Origin: Pseudomonadota bacterium
GTDB taxonomy: Bacteria > Pseudomonadota > Gammaproteobacteria > Immundisolibacterales > Immundisolibacteraceae
Direction: 5' to 3'
Assembly: GCA_049322795.1 (NCBI GenBank)
Contig: JBMOQH010000024.1
Location: forward strand, 157,846 to 221,845
Length of the DNA: 64,000 nucleotides
Shown: one piece after another, positions 40,793-53,946 of the stretch
How the letters are laid out: the number at the start of each line of letters is the position of its first letter
How positions within the stretch are numbered: the first letter of the stretch is position 1
Position numbers and translations under genes: made by a program
Notes under the pieces: generated by a model
The model's input: only the letters and a program-made list of their open reading frames with translations
Databases searched by the model: none
What the model was told of the DNA's origin: nothing

Positions 40793-43063
40793 GTGGCGGA
40801 TTACACGACGATCAACAAGGTGGCGGTGCTGGGCGCCGGCAACATGGGCGCCGGCATTGCGGGCCAGGTGGCCAACGCCGGTGTGCCGGTGCTGCTGCTG
40901 GACCTCACCCGCGAGGCCGCCGAGCGCGGCAAGCAGGACCTGTTCAAGCGCAAGCCGGCGCCGCTGATGAGCGCGGCGGCGGCCGATCTGATCGAGACCG
41001 GCGGCTTCGATCAGGATCTGGAACGCCTGGCCGAGGCCGACTGGATCGTCGAGGTGGTGGTCGAGCGCCTGCCGGTCAAGCAGGCGCTGTTCGAGCGTGT
41101 CGAGCGCGTGCGCCGGCCGGGTTCCATCGTCAGCTCGAACACGTCCGGCATTCGCCTGTCGGAAATCACGGCCGGCCTGCCGGCGAGCTTCGGCGCCGAT
41201 TTCCTGATCACGCACTTCTTCAATCCGCCGCGCTACATGGGTCTGCTGGAACTCGTCGCCGGCGCCGCCACGCGTCCGGCGGCGGTCCAGACGCTGCGCG
41301 AGTTCTGCACCGTCCGGCTCGGCAAGGAAGTGGTCGACGCGCGCGATACGCCGTCGTTCATCGGCAACCGCATCGGCATTCTCGCCATGCTGGCCGGCGT
41401 GCGGGCGGCCCAGCGCCACGGGCTCACCGTCGAGCAGGCGGATGCGGTGGCCGGCAAGCCCATCGGCTGGCCGGGCACGGGCGTGTTCGGGCTGATCGAT
41501 CTGGTTGGTCTGGACGTGCTGGCCGACGTGGCGCGCAACATGCAAAGCCAGCTCCCGGCCAGCGACCCGGCGCAGGCGCTGCTGGACCTGCCGCCGCTGC
41601 TGAAAACGCTGCTCGAGCGCGGCTGGATCGGCCGCAAGGCGGGCGGCGGTTTCTATCGAATGACCGCGGACAAGCAGCGCGAGGCGCTGGACCTCACAAC
41701 ACTGGAATACCGCCCGGCGCAGAAGGTGGACTTGGCCAGCGCCAGGGCGCGCGGGCCTAAGGACCTGCTCGCGGCCGACGACGCCGGCGCGCGCTTCGCG
41801 GCCGACACGCTGGGGTTCACGCTGGCCTACACCGCCACCGTGGCGGGCGAGATCGCCGGCGACGTGCTGGCGATCGACACCGCCATGCGCGAGGGCTACT
41901 CGTGGCGCTGGGGGCCGTTCGAGCTGCTGGACGAGATCGGTCTTCCGGCCTTCGTGCAGCGCCTCGTGGCCGCCGGCGAGCCGGTGCCGGCGCTGCTGCA
42001 CAAGGCGCAGGGCAGCGGCGACGGGCGGTTCTACCGCGAGGAGGTCGACGGCCCGCAGTACCTGGGCTTCGACGGCGCCTACCACGCCGTGCCGCACAGC
42101 ACCGCGACGCTGGCGGTGGCGGACCTGCGCCGGGCCGGCAAGCCGCTGCTCGGCAACGCCTCGGCCAGCCTGTGGGACATGGGCGACGGCGTGGCGCTGC
42201 TCGAATTCCATACCAAGATGAACGCGCTCGACGAGCACTCGGTCGAGGCCATGGAGCTGACGCTCGATCGCGTCGGGCGCGACTTCGAGGCGCTGGTGAT
42301 CGGCTCCGACGCGCCGCATTTCTGCGCCGGCGCCAACCTCAAGCGCATGCTGGACGCGGCCCGCGCCGGCGACTTCGGGTTCCTGGAGGGCTTCATCGAG
42401 GGCCTTCAGCACGCCCTGATGGGCTTCAAGTACGCGCCGTTCCCGGTGGTGGGCGCGCCGCGCGGGCTGGCGCTCGGCGGCGGCTGCGAGGTGCTGCTGC
42501 ACTGCAACGTGCTGCAGGCGCATGCGGAGCTGAACGCCGGCCTGGTGGAGCTGCGCGTCGGCCTGCTGCCGGCCGGCGGCGGTACCAAGGAGATGACGCT
42601 GCGCCATCAGGATGTCGGCGTCGAACGCGGCTTCGATCTCATCGTGGGTTCCGTCACGTCGACGTCGGCCGCCGAGGCCCGCGCCATGCGCGTGCTGACC
42701 GATTACTGCGCCATCACCATGCACCGCCGGCGCGTGTTGGCGGACGCCAAGGCGCTCGCCCGGCGCATGGTCAGCGCCTACGCGCCGGCGCGGCCGGCGG
42801 TGCTGAACCTGCCGGGGCCGGCCGGGCGGGCGGCGCTCGAGGCGCGCATCGCGCCGCAGGTCGAGGCCGGTAAAATGACCGCCCACGACGCGGTGGTGGC
42901 GAGCCACATCGCGGCCGTCATGAGCGGCGGCGTCGGGGGGGAGGTGACCGAGCACGACCTGCTGCGCCTCGAGCGCGAGCATTTCCTCGAATTGCTGCGC
43001 CTGCCGCTGTCGCAGGCGCGCATGGAGCACATGCTCGCCACCGGCAAGCCGCTGCGCAACTGA
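40793..43063 (+). CDS. 3-hydroxyacyl-CoA dehydrogenase/enoyl-CoA hydratase fusion (FadN-like)
   Basis: VAVLGAGNMGAGIA, SSNTSG, THFFNPPRYM, FIGNRIG, GPFE; crotonase motifs FCAGANL, ALGGGCE, GLVE..VGLLPAGGG. Confidence 0.9.
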   Translation: MADYTTINKVAVLGAGNMGAGIAGQVANAGVPVLLLDLTREAAERGKQDLFKRKPAPLMSAAAADLIETGGFDQDLERLAEADWIVEVVVERLPVKQALFERVERVRRPGSIVSSNTSGIRLSEITAGLPASFGADFLITHFFNPPRYMGLLELVAGAATRPAAVQTLREFCTVRLGKEVVDARDTPSFIGNRIGILAMLAGVRAAQRHGLTVEQADAVAGKPIGWPGTGVFGLIDLVGLDVLADVARNMQSQLPASDPAQALLDLPPLLKTLLERGWIGRKAGGGFYRMTADKQREALDLTTLEYRPAQKVDLASARARGPKDLLAADDAGARFAADTLGFTLAYTATVAGEIAGDVLAIDTAMREGYSWRWGPFELLDEIGLPAFVQRLVAAGEPVPALLHKAQGSGDGRFYREEVDGPQYLGFDGAYHAVPHSTATLAVADLRRAGKPLLGNASASLWDMGDGVALLEFHTKMNALDEHSVEAMELTLDRVGRDFEALVIGSDAPHFCAGANLKRMLDAARAGDFGFLEGFIEGLQHALMGFKYAPFPVVGAPRGLALGGGCEVLLHCNVLQAHAELNAGLVELRVGLLPAGGGTKEMTLRHQDVGVERGFDLIVGSVTSTSAAEARAMRVLTDYCAITMHRRRVLADAKALARRMVSAYAPARPAVLNLPGPAGRAALEARIAPQVEAGKMTAHDAVVASHIAAVMSGGVGGEVTEHDLLRLEREHFLELLRLPLSQARMEHMLATGKPLRN

Positions 43064-43070
43064 GGGGGGC

Positions 43071-43134
43071 TTCGGCCCGGGGGCGGGCCTCCCACGCCGA
43101 ACAGAAGGTGTGGGAGCGGCGCCCCCGCCGCGAA
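43071..43134. repeat. Single REP pair of the same family as 1720-1918
   Basis: TTCGGCCCGGGGGCGGGCCTCCCAC...TGTGGGAGCGGCGCCCCCGCCGCGAA, reverse complement of the mutS-fdxA unit motifs. Confidence 0.88.
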
Positions 43135-43180
43135 TGCGAGTGTCAGAACCATTGATAACCACCAGGGGACACAGGCGCCA

Positions 43181-44779
43181 ATGAGCGAGCGCGACGTCAT
43201 CGAGTTCGACGTGCTGATCGTCGGCGCCGGCCCGTCGGGCCTCGCGACCGCCATTCGCTTGAAGCAGCTCAGCCCCGAAACCAGCGTGTGCCTGATCGAC
43301 AAGGCCTCGCAGATCGGCGCGCAGATCCTGTCCGGCGCCGTGATCGAGCCGCAGCCGCTCGACGAGCTGCTGCCCGGCTGGCGCGACAACCCGCCGCCGG
43401 TGTGCGTGCCGGTGCGCCAAGACGAGTTCGCGTACCTGACCAGGACGCGCCGCATCAAGGCGCCGCTGGTGCCGCCGCAGATGCGCAACCACGGCAACTT
43501 CATCGTCTCGCTGGGCGCGCTGTGCGCCTGGCTGGCGCCGCAGGCCGAGGCCCTGGGCGTGGAGGTGTTTCCCGGCTTCGCCGCAGCCGAGCCGCTGTTC
43601 GACGAGACCGCTCAGCGGGTGATCGGCGTGCGCATCGGCGACATGGGCGTCGACAAGGCCGGCCAGCCCAAGGAAGGCTACACGCAGGGCATCGACATCC
43701 ACGCCCGGACCACCGTGCTGGCCGAGGGCTGCCGCGGCAGCCTCGCCAAACAGCTGATCCGGCATTTCGGCCTCGACGCCGGCATCGACCCGCAGACCTA
43801 CGGCATCGGCATGAAGGAGCTGTGGCAGCTGCCGGCCGGGCGTGGCGATCCGGGCCTGGTGCAGCACACGGTCGGATGGCCTCTGAAATCAGATACCTAC
43901 GGTGGTAGTTTCATCTATCACCTGACGGAGGACCGCGTCGCCGTCGGCTTCGTGGTCGGGCTCGATTATCGCGACCCGAACTTCTCGCCGTTCGAGGCCT
44001 TCCAGCAGTTCAAGCACCACCCGGCGGTCAAGCCGCTGCTGGAAGGCGGCAGCATCATCTCGACCGGCGCCCGCGCGCTGGTGGAAGGCGGCCTGCAGTC
44101 GCTGCCGCGGCTTTCCATGCCGGGCGCGCTGCTGGTGGGCGACGCCGCCGGCAAGATCAACGTGCCCAAGATCAAGGGCACGCACATGGCGCTGCGCAGC
44201 GGCATGCTGGCGGCCGAGCACCTGGTGGCGGACGCCGCGGACCGCTTCGACGCCGGCTGGCGCGCCTCGCCTTCGGCGAGGGAACTCAAGCGCGTGCGCA
44301 ACATCCGCCCGGGCTTCCACGGTGGCCTGTGGCTGGGCCTTGCCAATGCGGCGCTGGAGACGGCGGTCGGCGGGCGCACGCCGTGGACGCTGCGCAATCG
44401 CGCCGATCACAGCGCGCTGCACACGCTCGCCGCCGGCGAGCCGCCTGAGGATTACGTCGAGCGCACGCTCGAGCCGCGCGACCGGCTGGGGTCGGTATAT
44501 TTCGCCGCCACCGAGCACGACGAGGACCAGCCGGTGCACCTCAAGGTGGCCGACACCAACATCTGCCTGGGGCGCTGCACCCAGGAATACGGCAACCCCT
44601 GCACGCGCTTCTGCCCGGCGGGCGTCTACGAGATGGTGGAAGAGGACGGCCAGCGGCGCCTGCAGATCAACGCCGCCAACTGCGTGCACTGCAAGACCTG
44701 CGACATCAAGGATCCGTACCAGATCATCACCTGGGTGCCGCCCGAGGGCGGCGCCGGTCCCAATTACGTCAATCTGTAA
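43181..44779 (+). CDS. Electron transfer flavoprotein-ubiquinone oxidoreductase
   Basis: DVLIVGAGPSGL, ILSGAV, YGIGMKELW, GDAAG..NVPKIKG.H.A, FCPAGVYE, NCVHCKTCDIKDP. Confidence 0.96.
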   Translation: MSERDVIEFDVLIVGAGPSGLATAIRLKQLSPETSVCLIDKASQIGAQILSGAVIEPQPLDELLPGWRDNPPPVCVPVRQDEFAYLTRTRRIKAPLVPPQMRNHGNFIVSLGALCAWLAPQAEALGVEVFPGFAAAEPLFDETAQRVIGVRIGDMGVDKAGQPKEGYTQGIDIHARTTVLAEGCRGSLAKQLIRHFGLDAGIDPQTYGIGMKELWQLPAGRGDPGLVQHTVGWPLKSDTYGGSFIYHLTEDRVAVGFVVGLDYRDPNFSPFEAFQQFKHHPAVKPLLEGGSIISTGARALVEGGLQSLPRLSMPGALLVGDAAGKINVPKIKGTHMALRSGMLAAEHLVADAADRFDAGWRASPSARELKRVRNIRPGFHGGLWLGLANAALETAVGGRTPWTLRNRADHSALHTLAAGEPPEDYVERTLEPRDRLGSVYFAATEHDEDQPVHLKVADTNICLGRCTQEYGNPCTRFCPAGVYEMVEEDGQRRLQINAANCVHCKTCDIKDPYQIITWVPPEGGAGPNYVNL

Positions 44780-44812
44780 GGCCGCGCTGCGGTCGTTTCC
44801 CGAGGAGAAAGC

Positions 44813-45559
44813 ATGAAAGTCCTGGTGGGCGTCAAGCGCGTGGTGGACTACAACGTCCGCATCCGCGTCAAACCCGACGGCAGCGGTGTGCTCACCGACG
44901 GCGTCAAGATGAGCATGAACCCCTTCGACGAGATCGCCGTCGAGGAGGCCATCCGCCTGCGCGAGCGCGGCCACGCCACCGAGCTGGTGGCCGTCAGCAT
45001 CGGCCCGCAGGCGGTGCAGGAGCAGCTGCGCACGGCGCTGGCCATGGGCATGGACCGCGCCATCCACGTGGAAACCACCGACGCGCTTCAGCCGCTCGAA
45101 GCCGCGCAGGTGTTCCGGGCGCTGGCCGAGCAGGAGCAGGCGCAGATCGTGCTGCTCGGCAAGCAGGCCATCGACGACGACGCCAACCAGACCGGCCAGA
45201 TGCTGGCCGCGCTGTGGGGCCGCCCGCAGGCGACCTTTGCCTCGGCCATCGAGATCGATGGCGGCACGGCCCGCGTCACGCGCGAGGTCGACGCCGGGCT
45301 CGAAGTCATCGAGGTCGACCTGCCGGCCGTGTTCACCACCGACCTGCGCCTGAACGAACCGCGCTACGTCAAGCTGCCGGAAATGATGAAGGCCAAGAAA
45401 AAGCCGCTCGACGTCAAGCCGGTCGGTGACCTGCTCGAGGGCGGCACGCCGCGCCTGACGCTGGGCACGGTGCGCGCGCCGGCCGGACGCGGCGCCGGCA
45501 TCAAGGTCAAGAGCGTCGAAGAACTGGTGGCCGAACTGCAGGGCCGGGGGCTGATCTGA
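44813..45559 (+). CDS. etfB: Electron transfer flavoprotein beta subunit
   Basis: [44 protein letters not shown]. Confidence 0.97.
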   Translation: MKVLVGVKRVVDYNVRIRVKPDGSGVLTDGVKMSMNPFDEIAVEEAIRLRERGHATELVAVSIGPQAVQEQLRTALAMGMDRAIHVETTDALQPLEAAQVFRALAEQEQAQIVLLGKQAIDDDANQTGQMLAALWGRPQATFASAIEIDGGTARVTREVDAGLEVIEVDLPAVFTTDLRLNEPRYVKLPEMMKAKKKPLDVKPVGDLLEGGTPRLTLGTVRAPAGRGAGIKVKSVEELVAELQGRGLI

Positions 45560-46509
45560 TGGCAAAGGTACTCATCGTCGCCGAACACGACGGCGCCAAA
45601 CTGAACGCCGGCACCGCCAAGGTGCTGGCCTGCGCCGGTGAACTCGGCGCGCAGGCCGTCGACCTGCTGGTCAGCGGCGCCGAGGGCAGCGGGCTGGACG
45701 CCGTCTGCGCCCAGGCCGCGTCGCTGGCGGGCGTGAGCCGGGTGCTCAGGAACGCCCGCGCCGAAAACGCCGCGCCGCTGGCCGCCGTGCTGGCGCCGCA
45801 GATCGCGCAAGTCGCCGCCGATTACGACACCGTGCTCGGACCGTCCACCACCTTCGGCAAGGACCTGATGCCGCGCGTGGCGGCGCTGCTGCGCGCGCCG
45901 GCGGTCAGCGACATCATGAAAGTGCTCGGGCCGCGTCAGTTCGAGCGGCCCATCTACGCCGGAAACGCCATCCTTACGGTAACCGTGCCGGACGGCGCGA
46001 AGGTGGTCGGCACCGTGCGCGTGGCCTCCTACAAGGCGGTGGGCGAGCAGTCCCCGGCGCCGGTGGAAGCGGCCACCAGCAGCGCCGAACTGCCCACCCA
46101 CACGCGCTTTGTCGAACTGCGCGCCGGTTCCAAGGACCGCCCGGACCTGCAAGCCGCCAGCAAGGTGGTGTCCGGCGGGCGCGGCGTGGGCAGCGACGAG
46201 AACTTCCGCCTCATCTTCGAGCTGGCCGACAAGCTCGGCGCGGCCGCCGGTGCCTCGCGCGCGGCAGTGGACGCCGGCTTCGTGCCGAACGACATGCAGG
46301 TCGGCCAGACCGGCAAGGTGGTGGCGCCGGAGCTGTACATCGCCGTCGGCATCTCGGGCGCCATCCAGCACCTCGCCGGCATCAAGGACGCCGGCACCAT
46401 CGTCGCCATCAACAAGGACGGCGACGCGCCCATCTTCGAGGTGGCGGACATCGGCCTGGTGGCGGACCTGTTCGAGGCCGTGCCGGCGCTGGTCAAGGCG
46501 CTGCCTTGA
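45559..46509 (+). CDS. etfA: Electron transfer flavoprotein alpha subunit
   Basis: [57 protein letters not shown]. Confidence 0.97.
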   Translation: MAKVLIVAEHDGAKLNAGTAKVLACAGELGAQAVDLLVSGAEGSGLDAVCAQAASLAGVSRVLRNARAENAAPLAAVLAPQIAQVAADYDTVLGPSTTFGKDLMPRVAALLRAPAVSDIMKVLGPRQFERPIYAGNAILTVTVPDGAKVVGTVRVASYKAVGEQSPAPVEAATSSAELPTHTRFVELRAGSKDRPDLQAASKVVSGGRGVGSDENFRLIFELADKLGAAAGASRAAVDAGFVPNDMQVGQTGKVVAPELYIAVGISGAIQHLAGIKDAGTIVAINKDGDAPIFEVADIGLVADLFEAVPALVKALP

Positions 46510-46784
46510 GGTGATCGCCCGCAGGGAGCCGGATGCTTTGACACAAGCCGGTTCCCCGAGCGGGCGTACAACTGCTTGAGTGCGCGTCCGCGGACCGAAC
46601 CGGTTATTGCCCGAGCTGCTCGGCAGCGCCCGCGGCAGGGTAAACAGGCGAACGGCGAGCCGCGACGTTCCGTTCAAGGCCCCATGACAAGCACGTGACC
46701 GCTCCCTTTAAGGGAACTGTCAAATTCCGCGACCATCATTGCGTGCTTTGGCTCGACGCAGCCGTGGGACAGGATCGATCGGCC

Positions 46785-47306
46785 ATGATTGGGCGCGGCA
46801 CCGGCGGCTTGGCCGCAGTGGCGGGAACCGTGTCGCATCGCGGGCCGTGGCTGATCGCCATCCTTCTCGCCGCGTTCGGCTGCGTGGCGGCCTTGGATGT
46901 ATGGCGGGTACTGACGGTGAAAGCGCCCGTTGCCGTGTCGCCGGCAGAGGGCGTTACGCCTGCTGGCGCGGGGCTGCCCACGGATGTCGCGGCGATTGTC
47001 GATCGGCATTTTTTCGGGCTTGCGGCAGCGGGCGGCAAGGGTGCGGCACCACCGCCGACGCGCGCCGCGCTGGTCCTGGGCGGTGTGTGGTACACGCCGG
47101 CCGGGGATGTGTATGCCCTGATCGGCGAGCCCGGCGTGGCGCAGCGCCCGTACAAGGTGGGTGAGCGCCTGCCCGGCGGCGTGGAGCTGGTCGGTGTCGA
47201 GGCCGACCGCGTGCTGCTGCGCCGCGATGGCAAGACCGAGACGCTCGCGCTGCCGAGGCTTCCGCTAAACGTCAGCGCTGCGGGCGCGCAGCGCCCGCAG
47301 CGCTGA
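46785..47306 (+). CDS. gspC: Type II secretion protein C (HR domain, no PDZ)
   Basis: TM segment, FFG, LVLGGV, ALI....Q.PYKVGERLPGG, DRVLLRRDGKTETLALP; first gene of gsp operon; start uncertain. Confidence 0.75.
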   Translation: MIGRGTGGLAAVAGTVSHRGPWLIAILLAAFGCVAALDVWRVLTVKAPVAVSPAEGVTPAGAGLPTDVAAIVDRHFFGLAAAGGKGAAPPPTRAALVLGGVWYTPAGDVYALIGEPGVAQRPYKVGERLPGGVELVGVEADRVLLRRDGKTETLALPRLPLNVSAAGAQRPQR

Positions 47307-49233
47307 CAGTCCATCAAGCAGGTTCAGATGAGTCGATCGTCCGTGCGCGCGCGTCTTGCCGGCTGGCTGCTGGCCGGCGTGTCCGTCATCGCCAGCGCCG
47401 CCGAGCCGGTAACGCTGAACCTCAAGGACGCCGACATCCTGGCGCTGGTGGAGCTGGTGGCGGATGCCACCGGGCGCAACTTCATCGTCGATCCGCGCGT
47501 CAAGGGCACGGTGAACGTGATCTCGCCGCGCCCGCTGGACAAGGACGCCCTGTATCAGGTGTTCCTGTCGGTGTTGAAGGTGAACGGCTTCGTGGCGGTG
47601 CCGAGCGGCGACATGGTGAAGATCCTGCCGGACACCAGTGCCCGGACCGAGGCCGAGTTTGGCGCCGTCACACAGTCGCTGGGTGACGGTCTGGCGACGC
47701 AGGTGGTGAAGGTGGACAACGTCCCTGCGGCGGCGCTGGTGCCGGTGCTGCGACCCTTGTTGTCGAAGGACGCGCACCTGGCGGCGGCGCCGGCCAGCAA
47801 CACCTTGGTCATGACCGATACTGCGGCCAACGTGGCGCGGCTGGCGCAGATCGTGCGCCGCATGGACCTGCCGGCGAGCGGCGACATCGAAACCATTGCG
47901 CTGCAGCACGCCAGCGCCGGCGAGGTGGTGCGCGTGCTGGAAACGTTGCAGCAGCGCACGACCGGTGGCGAGGGCGGCAGTGCGCGCGGCGCCTTCGTGG
48001 CCGACGAGCGCAGCAACAGCATCTTGATCGGTGGCAGCCAGGGCACGCGCCTGGCGCTGCGGGCGGTGGTCGCCAACCTCGATACGCCGCAGGCCGACCG
48101 CAGCGGCAACATCCACGTGGTTTACCTGCGCTACGCCAACGCGGAGGACATGAAGGTCGTGCTCGAGGGCGTGATAAATGCCCTGCAGAAGGTGCCGGCC
48201 GCGCAAGGCGCCACGGACCCGTCGGGCGGCACGTCCTCCGTGCAGGCGGACGCCGGCACCAACGCGCTCATCGTGTCGGCGCCGCCGGGCCTGTGGTCGT
48301 CCGTCGAGAGCGTGGTCAAGAAGCTCGACATTCCGCGCGCGCAGCTGCTGGTGGAGGCGGTGATCGTCGAGGTGTCGAGCACGCTGGCGCGCGAGCTCGG
48401 CGTTCAGTGGCGGGCCAGCGCCGGCTATGACAACGACCGGGGAGTGATCGGCGGCACCAATTTCGACGCCACGCGCGCGGGTGCCGATCGCAACAACCTG
48501 AACCCCTTCGGCGGTCTGGGGGACGGTTTGAATCTCGGCTTTCTGGACGGCTCCCGCAGCGTGCTCGGCACCAACGTGACCATGGGCGTGCTGGTCAAGG
48601 CGCTGGAGGCCGACTCGGGCACGAATGTGCTGTCCACGCCGTCGCTGGTGACGCTCGACAACCAGGAGGCGGAGATCATCGTCGGCCAGAATGTGCCCTT
48701 CATCACCGGTTCTTTCAGCACCTCGGCCAGCGTCGACAATGCACCGTTTCAGACCATCCAGCGCGAGGACATTGGTCTGAAGCTCAAGGTCAGGCCGCAG
48801 ATCAACCAGGACGGCACCGTGCGCCTGCAGATCGAGCAGGAGGTGTCGTCGATCAGCGACGCCGCGATCGGTTCGGACATCATCACCAACAAGCGCGCCA
48901 TCACCACCACCGCCGTGGTGCAGGACCAGCAGCTGGTGGTGCTGGGCGGGCTCATGGACCGCAGCCTCAGGAACAGTGACTCGCAGGTACCGGTGCTCGG
49001 CTCGATTCCGCTGGTCGGGCGGCTGTTTCGTTACCGCGCCACCAGCGGGGCCAAGACCAACCTGATGGTATTCATCCGCCCGCGTGTGCTGCGTGACGCC
49101 GAGGTCACCGCCGCCGTGACCGGCGACAAGTACGACGCGCTGCGCCGCCTGCAACGCCTGGATGCGGCCGACCGTGACCTGCTGGCACCGCGGGGCGCCG
49201 CACCGCTGCTGCCGGCGCTCGAGGATATGATGC

Positions 49234-50735
<1,502 letters not shown>

Positions 50736-50736
<1 letters not shown>

Positions 50737-51947
50737 TGGCGGCCTTCCAGTACACGGCGGCGCGTACCGATGGCGGCAGCACGCGCGGCCTGATCGAGGC
50801 CGACTCGGCCCGCCAGGCGCGCGCCGAGCTGCGCCGCCAGGGCCTGTTGCCGCTGGACCTGAGCGAGGTGCGGGCCGGCCGAACCGGCGAGGGTTTCGCC
50901 TGGCGCCGCGATCATCTGCGCGGGCCGGAACTGACGCTGCTGACGCGCCAGCTGGCGGTGATGGTGGACAGCGGCCTGCCGCTGGAAGAAACGCTGCGCT
51001 CGGTGGCCGAGCAGGCCGAATCGCCGCGCCAGAAGCGCGTGCTGACGGCGGTGCGCAGCCGCGTGCTGGAAGGCCATTCGCTCAATGCGGCGCTGGCCGA
51101 GCACCCGCGCAGCTTCGCCGAGTTCTACCGCGCCGCGGTCAGCGCCGGCGAGGCGGCCGGGCGCATGGGCGAGGTGATGGACCGCATGGCCGATTTCCTG
51201 GAGCAGCGGCAGGCACTGCAACAGAAGGTGCTGCTGGCGCTGTTCTACCCGGCCACGCTGACGGTGGTGTCGATCGCCGTGGTCATCGGTCTGGTGACCT
51301 TCGTGGTGCCGGAAATCGTGCAGGTGTTCGACCGCATGGGGCAGACGCTGCCGTGGATCACCCGCGCGCTGATCGCCGTCAGCGGCTTTCTGCGAGATTT
51401 CGGGCTGGTCTTGCAGCTCGCCTTCGCTGGGTTGGTAATCGGGGGGCGGCTGCTGCTGCGCGCGCCCGCGCTGCGCCTGCGTTTCGCCGCCGCGCTGCTG
51501 CGCGTGCCGCTGCTCGGCCGCCTGCTGCGGGGTCTCGATGAGGCGCGCTTCGCCGGCACGCTCGGCACGCTGGTCAGCGCCGGTGTGAACCTGGTCGATG
51601 CGCTGCGCGTGGCCGCGCGCGTGGTCGGCAACCGGCATTTGCGCGCCGGCTTCGAGACCGCCGCCGAACGCGTGCGCGAGGGCGGCGCGCTCAACCAGGC
51701 GCTGCGCCGCGAGCGCCTGCTGCCGGCCATGAGCCTGCGCCTGATCGCCAGCGGCGAGGCCGGCGGCGAGCTTGGCCCCATGCTGGCGCGGGCGGCCACG
51801 CTGCAGGAGCGCGCGCTGCAGAACACCGTCGCGCTGCTGCTCGGCGTGTTCGAGCCGGCGCTGATCCTGACCATGGGCGGCGCGGTGCTGGTGATCGTGC
51901 TGGCCATCCTGCTGCCGATTTTCGAACTCAACCAACTGGTGAAGTGA
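50736..51947 (+). CDS. gspF: Type II secretion inner membrane protein F
   Basis: LTRQLA..V.SGLPLEE, V.AGE.AG, YP..L, GE.GG.L..ML, EP..IL.MGG.VL.IV.AILLPIFELNQLV. Confidence 0.95.
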
Positions 51948-52393
51948 TGCGTACGGAGCGAGCGAAGCAGCGGGGTTTCACCCTCATCGAGGTGATGGTG
52001 GTGGTGGTCATCCTGGGCATCCTGGCGGCGCTGGTGGTGCCCAGGATCATGGGCCGCCCGGACGAGGCGCGGGTCATCAAGGCGCGCCAGGACGTGCAGG
52101 CCATCGAGGCGGCGCTGAACCTGTACCGCCTCGACAACCACGCCTACCCCGGCAGCGACCAGGGCCTGAAGGCGCTGGTGGAAAAGCCCGCCGGCGAGCC
52201 GGCCGCGCCCAACTGGAAGGCCGGCGGCTACCTCGACCGCGTGCCGCAGGACCCGTGGGGGCGCGAGTACCAGTACCTGAACCCCGGCCTGCACGGCGAA
52301 ATCGACGTCTGGAGCTACGGCGCGGACGGCCGGGAAGGCGGCGAGGGCGTCAATGCCGATCTCGGCAACTGGCCCGAGTCCAAGGGCGGCTGA
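51947..52393 (+). CDS. gspG: Type II secretion major pseudopilin G
   Basis: GFTLIEVMVVVVILGILAALVVP, YRLDN..YP, DPWG..YQY.NPG.HG.ID..S.GADG. Confidence 0.97.
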   Translation: MRTERAKQRGFTLIEVMVVVVILGILAALVVPRIMGRPDEARVIKARQDVQAIEAALNLYRLDNHAYPGSDQGLKALVEKPAGEPAAPNWKAGGYLDRVPQDPWGREYQYLNPGLHGEIDVWSYGADGREGGEGVNADLGNWPESKGG

Positions 52394-52415
52394 ACGGCTT
52401 GACGGCAGCCCGGCC

Positions 52416-52928
52416 ATGAATCGGCATCGGCGCGCGCGCGGCTTCACCCTGCTGGAAGTGGTGGTGGTGCTGGCGCTGATCGGCGTGATCCTCGGCTTCG
52501 CCCGCCTGTCGCTGGGCGATGGCGGCGCGGGTGCGCGCCTCGAGCACGACGCGCGCACGCTGGCGGCGGCGCTGCGCCTGGCGCAGGAGGAGGCGGTACT
52601 CGACGAGCGCGAGTTCGGCCTGCGCCTGGCGGCGGATGGCTACGCCTTCTCGCGGCTGGCCGACCGGCACTGGGTGCCGCTCAAGGACGCGCAGGCGCTG
52701 CGGCCACGGCAGCTCGACGCCGGCCACCGCCTGACGCTGCGCATCGACGGCCAGCCGGTGCCGCTGCCGGAGCGGCTCCAGCAGGCGGAGCGCCCGCAGG
52801 TGTTTTTGCTCTCGAGTGGCGAGGCGACGCCGTTTTGCCTGGCCGTCGCCAACCGCGACGAGCGCGCCTGGCGAGTGTGCATGGCCGGCGACGGCGCGGT
52901 CGATGTCGCGCCGCCAGAGCACGGCTGA
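52416..52928 (+). CDS. gspH: Minor pseudopilin H
   Basis: RGFTLLEVVVVLALIG, AQEEAVL...EFG, FLLSSGEATPF. Confidence 0.88.
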   Translation: MNRHRRARGFTLLEVVVVLALIGVILGFARLSLGDGGAGARLEHDARTLAAALRLAQEEAVLDEREFGLRLAADGYAFSRLADRHWVPLKDAQALRPRQLDAGHRLTLRIDGQPVPLPERLQQAERPQVFLLSSGEATPFCLAVANRDERAWRVCMAGDGAVDVAPPEHG

Positions 52929-53401
52929 TGCGCGGCTTCACCCTGCTCGAGGTGCTGATCGCGCTGCTGGTGGTGTCCATCACGCTGGCCGCCGCCAACG
53001 CCGCCATCGGCGGCACCGCGGCGCGCCAGCGCCAGCTGGAGGATCGAACCTTCGCCGCCTGGGCGGCGCACGGCGCGCTCGCGCGTCTGCGGCTCGACGG
53101 CTTTGCCGGCGAGCGCACGCAGATCGAGCGCACCGAGGGCGGCCGGCGCCTGCGGGTGAGTGTGGAGGTCGAGCCCGGCGACGGCCTGCGGCAGGCGACG
53201 CTCACCGTGCGCCCCGCGGACGGCCCGGCAGGCCGACAGAACGACGAGGTGCTGGCGCGCCTGAGCGGCTTTCTGCCGCTGCCGGACGAGCCGGCGCCGA
53301 CAACGCCGACACCGGGCGCCGCGCCGGATGCCGCGGCGCAAAAGCGCGCCGTCGACCCCACCGTCGGCCCAGCCGAACCGACCCCGGAGCGTGCGCCGTG
53401 A
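52928..53401 (+). CDS. gspI: Minor pseudopilin I with Pro/Ala-rich C-terminal tail
   Basis: RGFTLLEVLIAL, LEDRTFAAWAA. Confidence 0.85.
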   Translation: MRGFTLLEVLIALLVVSITLAAANAAIGGTAARQRQLEDRTFAAWAAHGALARLRLDGFAGERTQIERTEGGRRLRVSVEVEPGDGLRQATLTVRPADGPAGRQNDEVLARLSGFLPLPDEPAPTTPTPGAAPDAAAQKRAVDPTVGPAEPTPERAP

Positions 53402-53946
53402 ACGCGCGCAGCCGCGGCTTCACGCTGCTGGAACTGGTGGTGGCGCTGGCCGTGTTCGCGGTGCTGGCGACGCTCGCCTACGGCAGCCTGGCGCGCCTGC
53501 TGCAGGCGCGCGACACCCTCGCCGCGCGGGCCGAGGCGCTCGGCCGCCTGCAGCGCGTGCAGGCCCAGCTGGCGCGCGATTGCGGGGCGCTGGTGGCGCG
53601 GCCGGCGCGGGACGAACTCGGCGATCCGGAGCCCGCGCTGCGCCGCGCGCCGGACGGCAGCCTGGAACTGACCCAGGGCGCCTTCAGCAACCCGCTCGAC
53701 CAGCCGCGGGCCCAACTGCAGCGCGTGCGCTGGCAGGTGCGGGGCGGCGTGCTGTACCGCGACGCCTGGCCGGTGCTGGACCGCGTGCCCGGCACCCGGC
53801 CGCAGGCGCAGCGCCTGCTGGACGGCGTGCAGCGCTTCACGGTCGGCATCGAGACCGGTGTCGACAGCCGGGCGGTGAGCGTGGAGCTCGACGCGCCGCC
53901 GTTCGGCGCCGTCGAGTGGCTGTTCCTGGTGCCGGAGGAAACATGA
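53398..53946 (+). CDS. gspJ: Minor pseudopilin J
   Basis: RGFTLLELVVALAVFA, LQR....L.RD, RSQLQRVRW-like, WP.LDR. Confidence 0.88.
   Translation: MNARSRGFTLLELVVALAVFAVLATLAYGSLARLLQARDTLAARAEALGRLQRVQAQLARDCGALVARPARDELGDPEPALRRAPDGSLELTQGAFSNPLDQPRAQLQRVRWQVRGGVLYRDAWPVLDRVPGTRPQAQRLLDGVQRFTVGIETGVDSRAVSVELDAPPFGAVEWLFLVPEET

Noticed and set aside
46510-46784. ncRNA or c-di-GMP riboswitch upstream of gspC
   Set aside because: No recognisable conserved motif; TTGACA at 46538 lacks a correctly spaced -10.
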